Source: a virus
Taxonomy: Duplodnaviria; Caudoviricetes
Strand: one strand, 5' to 3'
DNA length: 54,421 nt
Virus record (IMG/VR): IMGVR_UViG_3300049737_000325
Span: 1 to 54,421 of that record
Below, piece after piece: positions 29,906-38,152 of this stretch (the stretch's first letter is position 1; each line of letters starts with the position of its first letter). The notes under the pieces are model-generated. The model was not told the DNA's origin. It worked only from the letters and a program-made list of their open reading frames with translations, and ran no database searches. The translations under genes were made by a program, and so were the position numbers.

Positions 29906-30487
29906 TTATTGTTCTATGGTTAATATACCGTTTTGTTTAGAATAAGGCTCCTTTTCCCATAGATTAATTGCTAAAGCTTGACGAGTACCTTTAGTAACTG
30001 TTTTAACAGTGTGTACATGTTGTCCAGCTTGAAATATAATAAATCTATTAGGTTTAGCCTTAATTACCTCTGGTGGCATGTCAGCACCGTCTGAGTAAAC
30101 ATGTAATTCTCCTCCTTCAAAGCTTTGTCCTGCTGGATAATATACACTTCCGATAACAGGTGTTACAATCTCACCGGTCTTTTTGTGCCAAGCTTCGTCT
30201 TTATCAAAATGAGGTTCTAAAAAATCATTCCATCCTGAGTTAAGTTCTTTAGCTGTTTGAATTCCAGTCCAATATTCAAATCCATCAATAGAAAATGTAG
30301 TTGAAATTGGGCAATGATCTCCCCATGCATATTCAATGATCTTTTTAGCCGTATTCGTAGCTGGTGAATTCCACCAACCACTATACCATTTAAATACACC
30401 AGGTTCTTTAAATAAAGAAGGTTTATTTAATTCTATCTCTGCTAAAAGATCTTTGTCTTGTATAAAATTATCAAATACTGCTATCAT
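29906..30487 (-). CDS. 2OG-Fe(II) oxygenase
   Basis: HFD...GGEL...H.V...R.ALAINLW facial triad and 2OG-binding Arg. Confidence 0.8.
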   Translation of the reverse strand: MIAVFDNFIQDKDLLAEIELNKPSLFKEPGVFKWYSGWWNSPATNTAKKIIEYAWGDHCPISTTFSIDGFEYWTGIQTAKELNSGWNDFLEPHFDKDEAWHKKTGEIVTPVIGSVYYPAGQSFEGGELHVYSDGADMPPEVIKAKPNRFIIFQAGQHVHTVKTVTKGTRQALAINLWEKEPYSKQNGILTIEQ

Positions 30488-30783
30488 GCGAATGGGTTTT
30501 TTATTATTTTAAATGCCTCTTTGCCAGGCTCGTTATTGGTTTGTTCACATAAACCTAATGTAACTAATTCCTTTGCAGATTCTAATATTTTATCGTGATC
30601 TGCTTCTGGAAATCTATAAGTTTTTAATGCGTGGAATGTAAAAGAACCCTTGTATCTGTCAGGGTTCCTATTACTTAATTTTACTTCAGCTTGTAAAACG
30701 TCGAGTGCAGTTGGATAATCTGGTAGATCTTTTTCTATTCCTAAAATATACTTGATCGGTAGTTTATCCTTATTAATCTTCAT
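30484..30783 (-). CDS. hypothetical protein
   Basis: 99-aa ORF overlapping both neighbours. Confidence 0.55.
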   Translation of the reverse strand: MKINKDKLPIKYILGIEKDLPDYPTALDVLQAEVKLSNRNPDRYKGSFTFHALKTYRFPEADHDKILESAKELVTLGLCEQTNNEPGKEAFKIIKNPFA

Positions 30784-31885
30784 TCTCTGCTTCTAGTAAC
30801 TCATCTACGTTTAGCTCTCTATGCTCAGTACTGTAATTGAATAGTGGCTGAATTCTCTTTTCAATCTTTTGTAGAATCTCTTCTGTAAATACTTTATCTG
30901 TAAAAAACTCTGCATTAGGTACTGCTTCATCTAAGTGTTTACAAATCCAACCTCTTGCTGTAGCCTTAGGTGTTTTAACTCCCTTTTCAATACTACCCTT
31001 TGCAATACCAATATCTTCCCAGTCAATATATTGTTCTAGGCCAACAAATCTATTCATACCCTCTGTAAAGTGTAAGTGGAATTTGATTGGATGTGGCTTT
31101 GCAAATCTATTTTTATTTGGTTTTGCTGTTACAATAATACCAGTCTTTTCACCACCTTCTTTAAGTTGTGCTTTACCTAAGAATAAAACTATTGAAGCTG
31201 CATATTCTGGTCCAGTACCACCACCTGCTACAGTCTGAGAAATAAATGACTGTGTTTGATATGTGTGGTTAGTAAAGATAAATGGTATCTTAAGATCTGC
31301 AAGTGGAGTCATAATGATTCTAAAGATAGACTTTAAGATTTTAGATCTAGTCATATCTGATTTTTCAGATCCGGTTTTAGCATCATCAATTTCTTTTGCA
31401 GTTGCTAAGTTACCTGCTGAATCTAAAATAATCATTACTTTAGGTGTTTCACCACCAGCTCTTTTTACCTCTTGCATTTTAGAGGTAATTGTAGTTACTG
31501 ATTGTCTAAACTCTTGTACAGTATTACATGGTTGGTAATTGACTTTATTAGTATCAATACCAAACTTCTTCATCAACTCTCTATCAACTGCTGCTTCTGA
31601 ATCATAAAAGATAACACTATATCCCATATCAATTGCTCTTGCAATCGAGTTTAAAATTAGGTATGTTTTACCAGTTCCTGAAGGTCCTGCAATTGAACAA
31701 GATCTATTGTTAGGCCATCCACCAAATAGTGAACCACTAACACATGCGTTTAAATGATAGTTACCAGTATCGATCCACTCTGTAACTTCACTAAAGCTAG
31801 AATGTTCCATAACTGAACCTAGCGGATTAAGATCTGCTAGTTCTTTATTAATGTCATCAAAACTAAATGTTTTCTTTTTTGCCAT
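30773..31885 (-). CDS. uvsX: RecA-like recombinase UvsX (probable start MAKKK at 31885)
   Basis: GPSGTGKT, YDSE, ILDSAGNL, NHTY, GGG.GP.Y; a promoter at 31905-31931 supports the downstream start. Confidence 0.92.
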   Translation of the reverse strand: MAKKKTFSFDDINKELADLNPLGSVMEHSSFSEVTEWIDTGNYHLNACVSGSLFGGWPNNRSCSIAGPSGTGKTYLILNSIARAIDMGYSVIFYDSEAAVDRELMKKFGIDTNKVNYQPCNTVQEFRQSVTTITSKMQEVKRAGGETPKVMIILDSAGNLATAKEIDDAKTGSEKSDMTRSKILKSIFRIIMTPLADLKIPFIFTNHTYQTQSFISQTVAGGGTGPEYAASIVLFLGKAQLKEGGEKTGIIVTAKPNKNRFAKPHPIKFHLHFTEGMNRFVGLEQYIDWEDIGIAKGSIEKGVKTPKATARGWICKHLDEAVPNAEFFTDKVFTEEILQKIEKRIQPLFNYSTEHRELNVDELLEAENED

Positions 31886-31928
31886 TGTATTCTTTTGTTT
31901 ATTATTATATGTGAAAAGCTTAAATTGT

Positions 31929-32132
31929 TTAGAGTATAACTCCGTCATCTCCGAACTCAGCCTTTTCTTTTGCTCGTAGTGTATCTAAGTCTTCTGTTAA
32001 ATTATGAGCCTTTCTCTCTAGGTCTCTAATTTGATCCTGCACATCAGCCAACCCATGTAAAATTCTTTGATATTCTTTTACATATTCTTGTTGAGCTTCT
32101 GGTAAATCTTTTATATTAATTCTATCTGCCAT
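31929..32132 (-). CDS. small coiled-coil hypothetical protein
   Basis: 67-aa ORF with heptad pattern, in operon context. Confidence 0.55.
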   Translation of the reverse strand: MADRINIKDLPEAQQEYVKEYQRILHGLADVQDQIRDLERKAHNLTEDLDTLRAKEKAEFGDDGVIL

Positions 32133-32143
32133 GATCGCTTATA

Positions 32144-32356
32144 TTAATCTATTGCTCGATGTGCTATAGTATCAATATCTTCATCAACAAGCTCAATAGT
32201 ATCTTCTGGGAATTCTATTTTTAATTGATTTGGATCTGTCACGTTATTTCTTTGTGCCCAATAAACTTGCCTTACATTTTTACCAAGTTCTTGATCGTTA
32301 GGATATAGTTCTACTAGATCCATGATTTGTTTAAAATTATTAATTGGTTTATCCAT
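32144..32356 (-). CDS. small hypothetical protein (probable start MDKPIN)
   Basis: ORF right after polymerase B half; YPNDQELG motif. Confidence 0.5.
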   Translation of the reverse strand: MDKPINNFKQIMDLVELYPNDQELGKNVRQVYWAQRNNVTDPNQLKIEFPEDTIELVDEDIDTIAHRAID

Positions 32357-32366
32357 AATGTTTATT

Positions 32367-33575
32367 TTAAAATAATGCCGAAGCATAAATTAGGTTTGTG
32401 TCTAATGTTTGTAATCCTATTGCAGTTAATACTCTATTAAGAGGATCGATCATACATTTTTCAAATTGAGTATCGTAATCTACTTGTGGTGCAATTTCAT
32501 AAGGATGTTCGTTTGGCATATATGCATAAACTTCTGATATTGGTGTTTTACAATTGTAAATCTTTAGCTTTTCACCATTACCAATTACCTTATATTTGTT
32601 TTTATATTTTGAATTTTGGTTCAATAAGTAGTTATAGTAACCTGCAGCTTTTACATTTGCTGGACATTTAAGTCCTACTTGAAATTCAATTTGATCGTCA
32701 ACAATATACTTGTCAATATTATTAGTTCTACGATTAAATGAAATATCATCTATGTTTGCAAGTTGAAATTCTTTCTTGCTAGTTTTCATAAACTGTACAA
32801 GTTCTTGAAGTTCTTCTGCACCTGGTGTTTGCTGAGATTTAAATAAAATCTTTAGTGCTTCTACTAGCTTTTGTCTAGCAAACTTTGGTGTTGATGATTG
32901 AATAGTATCAAAGCCGATTGTTTTTACCTTCTTTAAATGAGGGTGTCTATCAGTAACTTCTAGTTTATCATCCCATGCAATGTTTTGAATATACTTTTTC
33001 TTAGACATCCAAATACCATTATATGCTAATGATTCTAATTCAAAGAATAAGAAATTATCTGTGTTTCTAAGTTCTGCATATTTATGCATGGTTGCGGTAA
33101 TATAATCCTTAAGTCTAAATGCGTAAAATGCTAATATGAATTCATCAAGTGGTAAAGCCTTCTCTTCGTCTTTCCAAACAATAGTTTCATAAAGATCTTG
33201 GAACTGTACGTAACATGAATCTGTATCAATATAGATTACCGCTGGTTTTTCAACTTTACCTTTAACAGTTAAGCCGAATTGTTCATGTACTTTAGTGTCC
33301 TTGTGCCAAAACTCATTTACATACTTATTAAGTATGGTTTCAGAATATAGAATTGCGTTCTTACCTTGTTTCGTAATAGATTCTGCAATATCAATATTGA
33401 AGAAGTGAAACCACTTGTTACCGAATGCACCGTAGATAGAGTTAAGAGTTAATTTTACTGCTTGTTCATAAGCGGTATATTTAGCAGATAGCTGCTTGTA
33501 ATGACTTACAAGCAGCTCTGCATCTTCTCTACTAAGTTGATCGATTGGTTTCTCAGTAAGTGACTCTATATTCAT
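32367..33575 (-). CDS. gp43B: family-B DNA polymerase, C-terminal subunit (gp43B)
   Basis: Motif B KLTLNSIYG, motif C YIDTDS, KKKY, thumb; lacks exonuclease and motif A. Confidence 0.9.
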   Translation of the reverse strand: MNIESLTEKPIDQLSREDAELLVSHYKQLSAKYTAYEQAVKLTLNSIYGAFGNKWFHFFNIDIAESITKQGKNAILYSETILNKYVNEFWHKDTKVHEQFGLTVKGKVEKPAVIYIDTDSCYVQFQDLYETIVWKDEEKALPLDEFILAFYAFRLKDYITATMHKYAELRNTDNFLFFELESLAYNGIWMSKKKYIQNIAWDDKLEVTDRHPHLKKVKTIGFDTIQSSTPKFARQKLVEALKILFKSQQTPGAEELQELVQFMKTSKKEFQLANIDDISFNRRTNNIDKYIVDDQIEFQVGLKCPANVKAAGYYNYLLNQNSKYKNKYKVIGNGEKLKIYNCKTPISEVYAYMPNEHPYEIAPQVDYDTQFEKCMIDPLNRVLTAIGLQTLDTNLIYASALF

Positions 33576-33578
33576 ATA

Positions 33579-34322
33579 TTAAGCTGTTTGACAAGTTGAA
33601 ACAGTTAATAGTGTTTGGGATTCTACTGATTGAAATACAATCTTAGAGTCTGAGATATGTACTTTTTGTTCTTCTCTATCTAAAAGATTTAAATACTTCT
33701 TATAGACAGTTACTTCTCCATTACCATTTGATTCTGGATTAATTGTAGCGTTAAATGATTTTCCACTTACAGCTACTCCTGTGCCATTTGCTTTTACGCT
33801 AAATGTTTCTTCTTTATCAAGTCCAAATAAGTTCTTTACTTTACCGATGGTATGTGTGTCCATGTTAAAGCTAAACTTAGTATTGTCAATAGCAAAGATA
33901 GCTGCTTGTTGGTCTGGTGATAAATCTTTAAAACCTAATGAAGGCTCTGAACAAGATAATGTAATTTCTAATTCATCATTAAACATTCTCAATGAAGATG
34001 CGATTAATTCGCCTTCTTGTTCAATGAATTCTAATTCTCCTTTAATAGCGTCTGCATCAAAGTGTTTGATAGCTTCGATAACCTTTGCTCCTTCAAAGAA
34101 GGCAACCTTCATTTCTAGGTCAGTATCAGGCCATTCGCTGATTTGAAAAATCTTATCACATTCAACGGCATGTGATTTTACAGCATCTCTTTGTGGGAGA
34201 TATACTGCGGAAGTTATTTGTCCATCTTTGATTTTCATGTAGACAAATGAGTCAATTAGTTTAACTCGGTTAATAAAACCTGTTAAAGCGTGTTGGTCAA
34301 TTCGATCAATTTGTAGTTTCAT
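33579..34322 (-). CDS. gp45: sliding clamp (gp45-like)
   Basis: 247-aa acidic two-domain alpha/beta pattern, directly upstream of the polymerase subunit. Confidence 0.6.
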   Translation of the reverse strand: MKLQIDRIDQHALTGFINRVKLIDSFVYMKIKDGQITSAVYLPQRDAVKSHAVECDKIFQISEWPDTDLEMKVAFFEGAKVIEAIKHFDADAIKGELEFIEQEGELIASSLRMFNDELEITLSCSEPSLGFKDLSPDQQAAIFAIDNTKFSFNMDTHTIGKVKNLFGLDKEETFSVKANGTGVAVSGKSFNATINPESNGNGEVTVYKKYLNLLDREEQKVHISDSKIVFQSVESQTLLTVSTCQTA

Positions 34323-34376
34323 CTAAATATATTTTTGTTTGATAGTTATACTAGTAAAGTGCTAGTTTGTTTCATT

Positions 34377-34409
34377 AAAAAAGCCCAGGATCCTAGAAAC
34401 CTGGGCTTT
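34377..34409 (-). terminator. intrinsic terminator after OMP gene
   Basis: AAAGCCCAGG/CCTGGGCTTT stem with A-run. Confidence 0.75.
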
Positions 34410-34428
34410 AAACCAAATTAGATTTAGC

Positions 34429-34845
34429 TTAGAATTTTAAGCCGAACCCAATTTGAAGGTTAGTTGTTTCAGCTCCTAAATCGTAAACGATTTTTGGATC
34501 TACAAACATTGCTCCTTTGTGGAACTCAAACATTTTACCTACACCTAATTGAGCTTGATCGAAATCAAAGTCGTTTAGTGCAACGTAGCCAAAGAATCCT
34601 TTATGGAAGTATCTTCCTTCTAGACCTAAGACCATGTCTTCTGTTGAGTCTGCTTGTGTCAAATTCATTCCAACCATATAGTTGTCAGAAAAAGCATAGC
34701 CAATTGTTGGCTGGATTGATAACTCAGTCCATGCCGTGTTAGTAATATCGCCAGTACCTACGTACCAGTCACCTTTTGCGTTTTGCGCGTTTGCACCTAA
34801 AGTTGTTAAGACAACTAGTGCCATTGATAAAATAAAATTTTTCAT
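34429..34845 (-). CDS. small outer-membrane beta-barrel protein
   Basis: Signal peptide ending ANA-Q, alternating amphipathic strands, C-terminal beta-signal QIGFGLKF. Confidence 0.8.
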   Translation of the reverse strand: MKNFILSMALVVLTTLGANAQNAKGDWYVGTGDITNTAWTELSIQPTIGYAFSDNYMVGMNLTQADSTEDMVLGLEGRYFHKGFFGYVALNDFDFDQAQLGVGKMFEFHKGAMFVDPKIVYDLGAETTNLQIGFGLKF

Positions 34846-34877
34846 AATAAATTAATTTGGTTTGTAAAATCTTCTAC

Positions 34878-34979
34878 TCAGTCTGCAGTTTGCAGTATTC
34901 TAGGATTAGATGTAGAAGTAACTGCTACTTGTGTTTGAGCAGTATGGGTTAATATTTTTGTTAACGAATGATTGTTCAT
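34878..34979 (-). CDS. possible 33-aa leader peptide
   Basis: Read manually: MNNHSLTKILTHTAQTQVAVTSTSNPRILQTAD*, between promoter (35000-35026) and OMP. Confidence 0.3.
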   Translation of the reverse strand: MNNHSLTKILTHTAQTQVAVTSTSNPRILQTAD

Positions 34980-35047
34980 TTCTTTGTTAATGTAACAGTT
35001 TATACAGAGTATCTGTGCTTTGTTCCAAAAATAATTAACAAACTTGT

Positions 35048-35128
35048 AAAAAAAGTAAGGCCAGGAAGTAGCGAACCCCTGGCCTTGATCCGAGAACTAT
35101 CTCGGTCCTAAGAAGTGGACTTAACCAC
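35048..35128 (-). terminator. three-hairpin structure ending in an intrinsic terminator, downstream of nrdA
   Basis: Stems GTGG/CCAC, CCGAGA/TCTCGG and AAGGCCAGG/CCTGGCCTT followed by a U-tract. Confidence 0.65.
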
Positions 35129-35138
35129 AACTAAATTA

Positions 35139-36965
35139 TTATCCGTCGCAGCTTAAGCAATCTGGATCCATTGCTGCTTGTGCAATATCTCCTCTTAATA
35201 CGGATTCTGTTCTCATATAATAGAGAGTTTTAACTCCTTCTTTAAAGGCTTCTAAATGTACTTTATTAATAAACTTAGAATCTGCTTCATTAGGGAATGC
35301 TAAATTTAAACTTACAGCCTGATCAACATATTGTTGTCTAATACCTGCTTGTTTTACCAATTCTAATTGATTAATTTCTTTAAATGTTTTAAAGATATTC
35401 TTAATAGGCACGTATTGGTCTTGTTCTAATTCAGGTAAAGCGTCTAATTTATTTTTAGTAATTATATTTTCTTTATTTGTAATACTAGTAGCTACTTTAA
35501 CATAGTAATCTTCAATAAATTCTAGTCCTTGTACAGAGCCGCCATCTGTTAAGATTTGATCCCATGTTTTTCTAGTATTCTTATTAATAAGTCCTAAGAA
35601 ACCTTCTAATACTGGATTCTTTCTAATAAATGTACCCTTTGCAGTTTGTTCTGTGAACACGTTAGCCGCCCATGGCTCAATACCTGCAGATACATTACCC
35701 GCTAGTTTTGAGTTGCTTACAGTCGGTGCTATAGCTCTCAGGTGAGTGTTTCTCATTCCTGTACCTTTACACCATAATGGTTCGCCCATTTCTAATGCCA
35801 TATCTCTTGAAGCCTTTTCACTTTCAGTTTCTAATTGCTTAAAGATCTTTCTAGTTTCAAATTGTGCTGATAAGCCTTCAAATGGAATACCTCTTTCTTG
35901 TAAATAAGTATGCCATCCAAGAACTCCAAGTCCTAGTGCTCTACCTTTTTCTGCAGATCTTACAGAATTCTCAAAGCCTCTCATGAATTTTGCCTTTTGA
36001 ACAAATTCATCTAGGACTCCGTCAAGGAACCAAGTTGCTGTGTAAATAAGATCTGTATTTTTCCATTCATCATATCTTGCTAAGTTAACAGAAGATAAAC
36101 AACATACAAAAGAATGAGATTCATCTGTGTGTAAAGTAATTTCAGAACAGATATTAGTCATATAAACTTTTAATCCGTTTTGTTTGTATGCATCAGGGTT
36201 AGCTCTATTAATATTGCCCTTAAACATCACGTATGGTTCACCAGTCGCTTTTCTTTTTCTTAAGACTGCAATCCATCTCTTTCTAGCCTCTTTGTCGCCA
36301 GCTTCAATCTTTTGCATAAATCCATCTGGTACTACAACACATTGATGAAGATTAAGAGATTGTCTATTAACATCTCCTTTAGGCTCTCTAATTTCTAGCC
36401 ATTCCCAGAAGTCACCATGTTCAATGTCAATATTAACACTTGCTGCTCCTCTACGCACAGAACCCTGATTGGTTGCCAATATAGTACTGTCGTATATTTT
36501 AGTGAATGGTACAACACCATCGCTCGTTCCATTTCCTGTAATGTTACTTCCAGCGGGTCTGATTTGATTTATACCGATGCCTACTCCACCGCCATGTTTT
36601 GCGAGTAGCATCATTTCTAGGTTTTTAGCACCGATGTCGTGAATAGAATCTGCTACATCAATACCAAAACATGAAATAGGAAGACCTCTTTCTAGCCCTG
36701 TGTTTGATAGAACTGGGCTAGCTAAGTTTAACCATCCCTTCCATATATAATCAAAGAACTTTGTTGCTAGTTCTGGTTTATTAAGACGTCTTGCTACTGT
36801 AGTTGATACTCTCCAATATGCGTCTTTTGGTTTTTCATCTCCAAACAGATACCCTGCTGAGATTGTTTTTACGTAGACTTCGGTGTTTGCCCAAAGTGGA
36901 AAATCCACCCCGAGTTCCCATCCTAAATGTTCTCCGTGGTTTTTTTGTTTAGTTTCTTGTGCCAT
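35139..36965 (-). CDS. nrdA: class I ribonucleotide reductase alpha subunit (no ATP cone)
   Basis: PISCF, GGGVG, TNICSEI catalytic Cys/Glu, VCCLSS, IAPT, TLYY, C-terminal CLSC. Confidence 0.95.
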   Translation of the reverse strand: MAQETKQKNHGEHLGWELGVDFPLWANTEVYVKTISAGYLFGDEKPKDAYWRVSTTVARRLNKPELATKFFDYIWKGWLNLASPVLSNTGLERGLPISCFGIDVADSIHDIGAKNLEMMLLAKHGGGVGIGINQIRPAGSNITGNGTSDGVVPFTKIYDSTILATNQGSVRRGAASVNIDIEHGDFWEWLEIREPKGDVNRQSLNLHQCVVVPDGFMQKIEAGDKEARKRWIAVLRKRKATGEPYVMFKGNINRANPDAYKQNGLKVYMTNICSEITLHTDESHSFVCCLSSVNLARYDEWKNTDLIYTATWFLDGVLDEFVQKAKFMRGFENSVRSAEKGRALGLGVLGWHTYLQERGIPFEGLSAQFETRKIFKQLETESEKASRDMALEMGEPLWCKGTGMRNTHLRAIAPTVSNSKLAGNVSAGIEPWAANVFTEQTAKGTFIRKNPVLEGFLGLINKNTRKTWDQILTDGGSVQGLEFIEDYYVKVATSITNKENIITKNKLDALPELEQDQYVPIKNIFKTFKEINQLELVKQAGIRQQYVDQAVSLNLAFPNEADSKFINKVHLEAFKEGVKTLYYMRTESVLRGDIAQAAMDPDCLSCDG

Positions 36966-36974
36966 ATAATTGTA

Positions 36975-37976
36975 TTAATCAAATAAGTTATCGTCGTCCC
37001 AGTTTTCACCTTCTCCAGCTTTAGCGTAGTCAGTTGGTCTAACTGCAAAAAAGTCTGTGTGAGTGTGACCTCCGGTTAAATGGTAGAACCATTCTAGTTG
37101 ATCGGCTGCTTCCTCATCATATTCAAATGCTGATTCGTAACCTAATTCAACTAATTTTTCATTAGCTCTCTTAGTAATGAAATGTTTTAGATCGCTAGCC
37201 TTTAAATTGTCTAGGTCTCCGTTTTCAAAGATCTTATCAATAAAGTTATGTTCTAAATAAATGATAAGTTCTGCTGCTTTTAATACGTCTGCTTGAACCG
37301 ATTGTTTCAAGTCTGGGTATTCTTCACACATGTGTCTGAATAATTTACATCCCATTCTAGAATGTAAAGATTCATCTCTTACTGACCACTTCATTTGTTG
37401 GCCAATACCTTTTAATAAGTTTCTCATTTGGAATGAGTATAAAACTGCAAAAGAACTATAAAGTGAACAACCCTCTGCAAACGCCGAAAAAATTGCAAGA
37501 GACCTAGCAACCTCATTTCTGGCTTGCTTACTTACCTTTAAATCTTTATGAGTATACGGTGCAGTAGTCGATGTTAATAGCTCAAATTTCTCTGCAGTTG
37601 CAGGTTCATGTAAAAAAGCTTCAAAATCCTCAAGACCTAAAGTCTCGTTTAAATAAGAATAAGCAGTTGCATGAATAGTCTCTTGTGAGCCGAACATCAT
37701 TGCCATTTGTTTTATCTCATGCTTTGGAAACCATTGAGTTACAAATTGAGTCCAGTAATCAGATACTGCACATTCAGTTTGTGCAAAACCTAAAAGAATA
37801 TTTCCGACTAAATGTTTTTCATGGGGTAATAGATTTTCATTCCAATCTTTTACGTCTCCTTGCATGGAGATCTCAGTGTGCAGCCAGAATGCTTGCGCTT
37901 GTTTTAACCAACCCTCTGTATAATATTCAGGGTATTCAAATGGTTTAAACGGAATTCTTTCAGTAAATAATGACAT
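36975..37976 (-). CDS. nrdB: class I ribonucleotide reductase beta subunit
   Basis: KPFEYP, W..E, ETIH..AY, AEG, RDESLH, DFF. Confidence 0.95.
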   Translation of the reverse strand: MSLFTERIPFKPFEYPEYYTEGWLKQAQAFWLHTEISMQGDVKDWNENLLPHEKHLVGNILLGFAQTECAVSDYWTQFVTQWFPKHEIKQMAMMFGSQETIHATAYSYLNETLGLEDFEAFLHEPATAEKFELLTSTTAPYTHKDLKVSKQARNEVARSLAIFSAFAEGCSLYSSFAVLYSFQMRNLLKGIGQQMKWSVRDESLHSRMGCKLFRHMCEEYPDLKQSVQADVLKAAELIIYLEHNFIDKIFENGDLDNLKASDLKHFITKRANEKLVELGYESAFEYDEEAADQLEWFYHLTGGHTHTDFFAVRPTDYAKAGEGENWDDDNLFD

Positions 37977-38089
37977 TTGGTATATTTTGTTTTTTAGTTG
38001 TGTTTAATTTTAATTATTACTTCATTTTAAGTAAAGGTCCTTTAGACTAAAAAAGGTCTGTCTAGACCTGATTCAATCTCTTAATACCT

Positions 38090-38148
38090 AATAAACGACG
38101 GTAGTAATACTTGATGAATTATATATCGTATTACTGCCGGGGTTTATT
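38090..38148. promoter_or_regulatory. long inverted repeat with a GATATATA promoter motif in its loop
   Basis: AATAAAC..CGGTAGTAATAC / GTATTACTGCCG..GTTTATT flanking 38120-38127. Confidence 0.55.
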
Positions 38149-38152
38149 GAAT

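Noticed and set aside
35057-35128. tRNA gene (GGTTCG resembles a T-loop)
   Set aside because: No acceptor stem or cloverleaf could be built; no tRNA genes were recognised in the window
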